Shown piece by piece: positions 59,846 through 64,000 of a stretch of DNA of 64,000 bases. Source of the stretch: an uncultured Chloroflexia bacterium (GTDB lineage Bacteria; Chloroflexota; Limnocylindria; Limnocylindrales; CSP1-4); assembly GCA_963752475.1 (NCBI GenBank), contig CAVVYR010000029.1:1-64000 (forward strand), given 5' to 3'. A model generated the notes under the pieces. That model worked only from the letters and a program-made list of their open reading frames with translations, did not search any database and was not told the origin of the DNA. Each line of letters starts with the position of its first letter. The stretch's first letter is position 1. A program made the position numbers and the translations under genes.

Positions 59846-60565
59846 ATGACCAAACACCGGAATACGACCCTCGCGGCGGTCGCAGCCCTCGGACTGATCG
59901 TCGCCGCCTGCAGTGGATCGGATGAAGCCACGCCCGCGCCGACGCCCGACGCGACCCAAGCCCCGGCCACCGAAACGGCGACGGAGGCCCCGACCCCCGC
60001 GCCGACGGAGGAAGCGGCTGTGGCGACCCCCGTGCCGACGGAGGAAGCGGCTGCGGCCGGAGCCCTCACGGCGACGAGCTTCGGCGACCCCGTGCCGGCA
60101 CCGGCTCTCGAGGGCCTGCTGAACCCCGATCGAAGCACCTTCGACATCACCGAGCTCCAGGGCGACCCCACGCTCGTCTTCTTCGGCTACACCCATTGCC
60201 CTGACGTCTGCCCGGCCACGATGGGCGAACTGTTCGGGGTCTTCGAGGAGCAGCCAGAGGCCCAGGCGGTGTTCGTCTCGGTCGACCCCGAGCGTGATAC
60301 GCCCGAGTTCCTCGACGAATGGACGACCTACCTGCCGGAGAACCTGCACGCCATCACCGGCACACCGGGCGCCATCCGCCGGGCAGCCGATGACTGGGGC
60401 GTCAAGTACGCGCGCGTGGAGACCACTTCGACAGCCGGCTACACGATGTCGCACACAGCGGACCTGTACCTGCTCGACGAGGAAGGCCGACTCCTCGCCA
60501 CGTATCCATTCGGCACGACGTCAGCGCAGATCGTGGAGGACCTGCGCGCGCTCGCGGCCGCCTAG
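59846..60565 (+). CDS. SCO1/SenC family lipoprotein
   Basis: Lipobox VAAC; FFGYTHCPDVCP, VDPERD and conserved His (MSHTA). Confidence 0.9.
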   Translation: MTKHRNTTLAAVAALGLIVAACSGSDEATPAPTPDATQAPATETATEAPTPAPTEEAAVATPVPTEEAAAAGALTATSFGDPVPAPALEGLLNPDRSTFDITELQGDPTLVFFGYTHCPDVCPATMGELFGVFEEQPEAQAVFVSVDPERDTPEFLDEWTTYLPENLHAITGTPGAIRRAADDWGVKYARVETTSTAGYTMSHTADLYLLDEEGRLLATYPFGTTSAQIVEDLRALAAA

Positions 60566-60579
60566 ACATTGGGGGACCC

Positions 60580-61248
60580 ATGAACCGATCGACCCGCACG
60601 ATGCTCATGTCCGGCGCCGCTGTCGCCGCCACGCTCAGCCTCACCTTCGCCTCGGTCGCGGCCGAGGAAGAAGAGGCCATGTCCGACGATATGGACGCGA
60701 TGGCGCCGATGGAGGAGATGGAGCCCGGGCTCCATGTGATGGACGCCTGGACGCGCGAGTCACCGATGCTCGACCTTGCCGGTGCCGCCTACATGGTCAT
60801 CCACAACAACACCGACGCGGATGACGCGCTGGTCGGTGCGTCCAGCCCTGCGGCCGAGTTCGTGGAGCTGCACCTCTCGTCGATGGATGACGAGGGCATG
60901 ATGTCGATGAACCAGGTCACCGAGATCCCGATCCCGGCGCACGGCGACGCGGTGCTCAAGCCTGGCAGTTACCACGTCATGCTCATCAACCTCGTGGAGC
61001 CGCTGACCGAGGGTGTCGAGGTGGAATTGAGCCTCGAGTTCATGAATGCCGAGCCGCAGACGGTCGGCGCACCCGTGATGGCCGGCGCGCCGATGATGAT
61101 GGGCGACATGGACATGGATGGCATGTCCCACGGCGACGACATGGACATGGACATGGACGATATGTCCGACGACACGATGGATATGGACGACGACATGTCC
61201 GACGACACGATGGACATGGACGAGGAGCCGGAGGAGGACGAGGGCTAG
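60580..61248 (+). CDS. Copper chaperone PCu(A)C with Met/Asp-rich tail
   Basis: AAYMVIHN, VELH, MMSM and LKPGSYHVMLINL. Confidence 0.9.
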   Translation: MNRSTRTMLMSGAAVAATLSLTFASVAAEEEEAMSDDMDAMAPMEEMEPGLHVMDAWTRESPMLDLAGAAYMVIHNNTDADDALVGASSPAAEFVELHLSSMDDEGMMSMNQVTEIPIPAHGDAVLKPGSYHVMLINLVEPLTEGVEVELSLEFMNAEPQTVGAPVMAGAPMMMGDMDMDGMSHGDDMDMDMDDMSDDTMDMDDDMSDDTMDMDEEPEEDEG

Positions 61249-61271
61249 CCGCCGCTCGACACCGCTCTCAT

Positions 61272-61295
61272 GGCCCCGGATGTGAGTCCGGGGCC
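61272..61295 (+). terminator. Hairpin after PCuAC
   Basis: GGCCCCGGA-TGTGAG-TCCGGGGCC followed by TT. Confidence 0.6.
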
Positions 61296-61301
61296 TTCGC
61301 T

Positions 61302-61485
61302 TGTGGACGGATGTCGTCCGAGTCGACGCTAGTCATGCTCGTAGTCACCTGCACGGCAGGCTCGTCGCCATCACCGGTCGGCGTTGAGCGTGGCTGGGCA
61401 TGATCGCGTCGCGACTCGGGAGGATCCGGAGTCCAGGGGTGCCGGTTCGTGCGACTACGGTCGACTCGGGCGACATGTGTCCACA
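61302..61485. repeat. Inverted-repeat (REP/MITE-like) element, copy 2
   Basis: About 33-bp imperfect terminal inverted repeats TGTGGACGGATGTCGTCCGAGTCGACGCTAGTC / GACTACGGTCGACTCGGGCGACATGTGTCCACA. Confidence 0.7.
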
Positions 61486-61684
61486 TGATCGGGCTTGACC
61501 GGCCGACAACGTCGAGTGGAGCGACACCTGTCCACATCCGGCCACCGCTGTCGATGCGGGCGACACGCAAGGGGCCTTCCGTGTCGGCGTGAACCGCGGG
61601 GGTCGTCGGCACCCAGCACTCCGGGACCAGAGTTCCGGAGCCTCGACTATGCTGGCCGGACCTCCATCCCCCAAGAGGACCCAG

Positions 61685-62455
61685 ATGCACTTCCTCGACC
61701 GCGCTCGCCATGGCGCCTCCCTCCTCCTGACGCTACTGCTGACCACGCTGCTGGTCGCAGCCTCCGGGTCCGTCGTCGCCGCTCAGGAGCGTGACGATGG
61801 CCTGACATGGGCGCCACTGACCACGCCGCCGCCGATCGCGACCCCGCCCATCTGGTCTCCCACCGACCAGGTCGACGGCTTCTCGATGGGCGACCCGGAC
61901 GCACCGGTCGTGATCGAGGTCTGGGAAGACTTCCAGTGTCCCTACTGCCAGCGTTTCTCCTTCGAGATCAAGCCAGGTCTCGTCCAGGGCTATGTCGAGA
62001 CCGGCGACGTCCGGCTCGTGTTCCGCAACCTGGCCTTCCTGGGCGACGAGTCGCAGTGGGCGGCCGTAGCTGCCAGCCTCGCGGCGGACCAGAACATGTT
62101 CTGGCCCTTCCACGACTACCTCTTCGCCAACTTCGGGGGTAACGAGAGTGGCGCCTTCCACATCGACCGCCTGCTCGAGATGGGTGAGGCCGTCGGCCTC
62201 GACATGGAGCAGTTCCGTGAGGGCCTGGCCCTCGAGAACGCGCGCGAGCGTTGGGCCGAGATCGAGGCCGAGTCACGCATGGAGGCGTACGCCCAGGGCA
62301 TCAACGCTACCCCGACCGTGGTCGTGAACGGCGTGCCCCTTGAATCCCCGGACCTGGTCACCATCTCCGACGCGGTCGACATCGAACTGGCCAAGGCCGC
62401 CACGGCTTCGTCCGAGAGCGAGGTCGACGAGGCGGAGGATTCCGAAGAAGGCTAG
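61685..62455 (+). CDS. DsbA/thioredoxin-fold protein
   Basis: GDPDAPV, DFQCPYC and GINATPT. Confidence 0.88.
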   Translation: MHFLDRARHGASLLLTLLLTTLLVAASGSVVAAQERDDGLTWAPLTTPPPIATPPIWSPTDQVDGFSMGDPDAPVVIEVWEDFQCPYCQRFSFEIKPGLVQGYVETGDVRLVFRNLAFLGDESQWAAVAASLAADQNMFWPFHDYLFANFGGNESGAFHIDRLLEMGEAVGLDMEQFREGLALENARERWAEIEAESRMEAYAQGINATPTVVVNGVPLESPDLVTISDAVDIELAKAATASSESEVDEAEDSEEG

Positions 62456-62530
62456 TCCGGGACTGTTACGCCGGTGGTGGCGGGCGCGCTAGGATTGCCC
62501 AGTCCGGGCGCGCTGCAGGGAGACACCACA

Positions 62531-63310
62531 TTGACCTCGCCACCACCCACCGACGAGACCCCGGAGCCCAGAGAGTCGTCTGAGCCGGTCGAGTCCGACC
62601 ACATCGAGACCGGGCCTGCGACCGAGCCCGAAGTATCGGTGCCTGGGGCTGATCCTGAGGCCGGGTCCACGGACTCCGGCCGAAGGGCCGATATCGACCA
62701 GGTGTCGGCCATCGCCGAGGATCTCATCACTCGCGGTGCGCCCTGGGACTCCCGTACCTCCTGGACCATCGTCCTCGTCGAGGGCATCGTGGCCGCAATC
62801 GTCGGCCTGCTCTTCATCTTCAAGCCGCTCGGTGGCTCGAGCACCACGCTGCAGATCGTCGGGCTCATCCTGCTCGCGGGCTCGCTCGTGGCCAGCTTCC
62901 AACTCTGGCGCCGCCACCTGCGCCCGGAGATCGAACAACTGGCGTCGTTCCGCGCAGGGTCGGGTGTGACGGTGGGTCTCGTGGTCATCGTGGCCACCAT
63001 CTTCGTGCCCGTGACCGACGCGGTCGTGGCCGCTCTCGCGGTGGTCGTCGGCATCGGGTTCTTCATCTTCGGGATCACCGGCATCGCCGGCAGCTTCGTG
63101 CGGATGCAGATGGACGCGCCCCTGCCGCTGCCGACGCTCGTGGCCAACGCGATCCTGGCGCTCGCCGGCCTGGTGCTGGTCATCGCGGGTGCTCGCGGCG
63201 CTCAGTCGGTCGACGGCATCTTCAACCTTCTCGGCGTGCTGCTGATCGCCGCCGGCCTGGCGCTCGCCGGATACTCGTACATGCTTCGCCAACAGGACGA
63301 GGGCCGCTGA
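62531..63310 (+). CDS. HdeD/DUF308-like membrane protein
   Basis: Six TM segments; LVEGIVAAIVGLL..P. Confidence 0.6.
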   Translation: MTSPPPTDETPEPRESSEPVESDHIETGPATEPEVSVPGADPEAGSTDSGRRADIDQVSAIAEDLITRGAPWDSRTSWTIVLVEGIVAAIVGLLFIFKPLGGSSTTLQIVGLILLAGSLVASFQLWRRHLRPEIEQLASFRAGSGVTVGLVVIVATIFVPVTDAVVAALAVVVGIGFFIFGITGIAGSFVRMQMDAPLPLPTLVANAILALAGLVLVIAGARGAQSVDGIFNLLGVLLIAAGLALAGYSYMLRQQDEGR

Positions 63311-63403
63311 TGCGGCGGCCTGGCTGAACCCGTCGCACTGAGGACCGACTAGCCCCGTCCCAACAGCTCGTCGAGTACCCCTAGTAGCTCCTCGCTCCCG
63401 GTC

Positions 63404-64000
63404 TCAGCCGAGGCCGCCCTTGCCCTCGCGGTCGGAGCTGTGGGCCTTCAGGCCGGTGATGAGCCGGCTGCCGCGGCCACGCGAGATGAACGACCACGCC
63501 CAGCGGACCATCACGAGCAAGCGGTTCTGCAGCCCGATGAGCCAGAAGATGTGGATGGCGAGCCAGGCGAACCAAGCCATGAAGCCGCTGAAGCGGATCA
63601 TGCGGAAGTCGGCCACGGCACGGAGCCGGCCGATGGTCGCGAGCTCGCCGAGGTCCTTGAACTCGAAGTCCGGGATGGCCACGCCGTCGCGCTTGGCGAT
63701 GATCGAGCGAGCTGCGTACTGACCGCCCTGGATGCCGCCCTGGGCCACGCCCGGCACCATCTGGCCCGGTGACCACTCGGCCGCGGCGAGGTCGCCGACG
63801 ACCCAGATATCGGGATAGTCGGGGATGGTCAGGTCCTGGTTGACCTGGATCCGACCGACCCGGTCGGTGGGAGCATCGGTGGCTTCGGCCACGGCCTTGC
63901 CGAACCTGCCCACGGCGACGCCGGCAGCCCAGAGCACGGTGCGGGCATTGATGCGGCTGGTTTCCGTGCCCTCGGTGCCGCGGACGGTGACGCCCTCGCC
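63404..64000 (-). CDS. Type II NADH dehydrogenase / NAD(P)/FAD oxidoreductase, C-terminal part (runs off window)
   Basis: TVLWAAGV, VVGDLA, PGVAQG, LATIGR and AWLAIHIFWLIG..NR. Confidence 0.85.
   Translation of the reverse strand, partial: GEGVTVRGTEGTETSRINARTVLWAAGVAVGRFGKAVAEATDAPTDRVGRIQVNQDLTIPDYPDIWVVGDLAAAEWSPGQMVPGVAQGGIQGGQYAARSIIAKRDGVAIPDFEFKDLGELATIGRLRAVADFRMIRFSGFMAWFAWLAIHIFWLIGLQNRLLVMVRWAWSFISRGRGSRLITGLKAHSSDREGKGGLG

Overview
High-GC bacterial chromosomal segment. The secreted-protein style and the many leaderless genes suggest Chloroflexota (Limnocylindria-like) or Actinomycetota; this is inference only. It is probably a long-read assembly, since several genes carry single-base homopolymer frameshifts. 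The left half (1-30.3 kb) looks like an integration hotspot. Five copies of the 3' half of a tRNA-Gln(CTG) gene lie in direct orientation (6973, 16241, 18019, 23445, 30272) and become progressively more degenerate from left to right. Four of them, plus a sixth core-only site, share a GCCG motif exactly 19 nt upstream of the anticodon-loop heptamer. These sites delimit cargo blocks: a sugar ABC transporter with a glycyl-radical enzyme and activase; an integrase remnant, TetR, three DUF1254/DUF1214 genes and a holin-ABC1 kinase fusion; an AAA-DUF4143 ATPase; VapBC and other genes; DUF1611 with a PLP racemase, an XRE regulator and DrrAB. Positions 30.3-42.2 kb hold a two-transporter sugar/polyol locus with a truncated LacI. 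The right part is more core-like: quinone oxidoreductase, tryptophanase, M23 peptidase, AzlCD, znuABC divergent from SCO/PCuAC, DsbA and NDH-2, plus a dispersed inverted-repeat (REP/MITE-like) element. No intact tRNA, rRNA or CRISPR array was seen.
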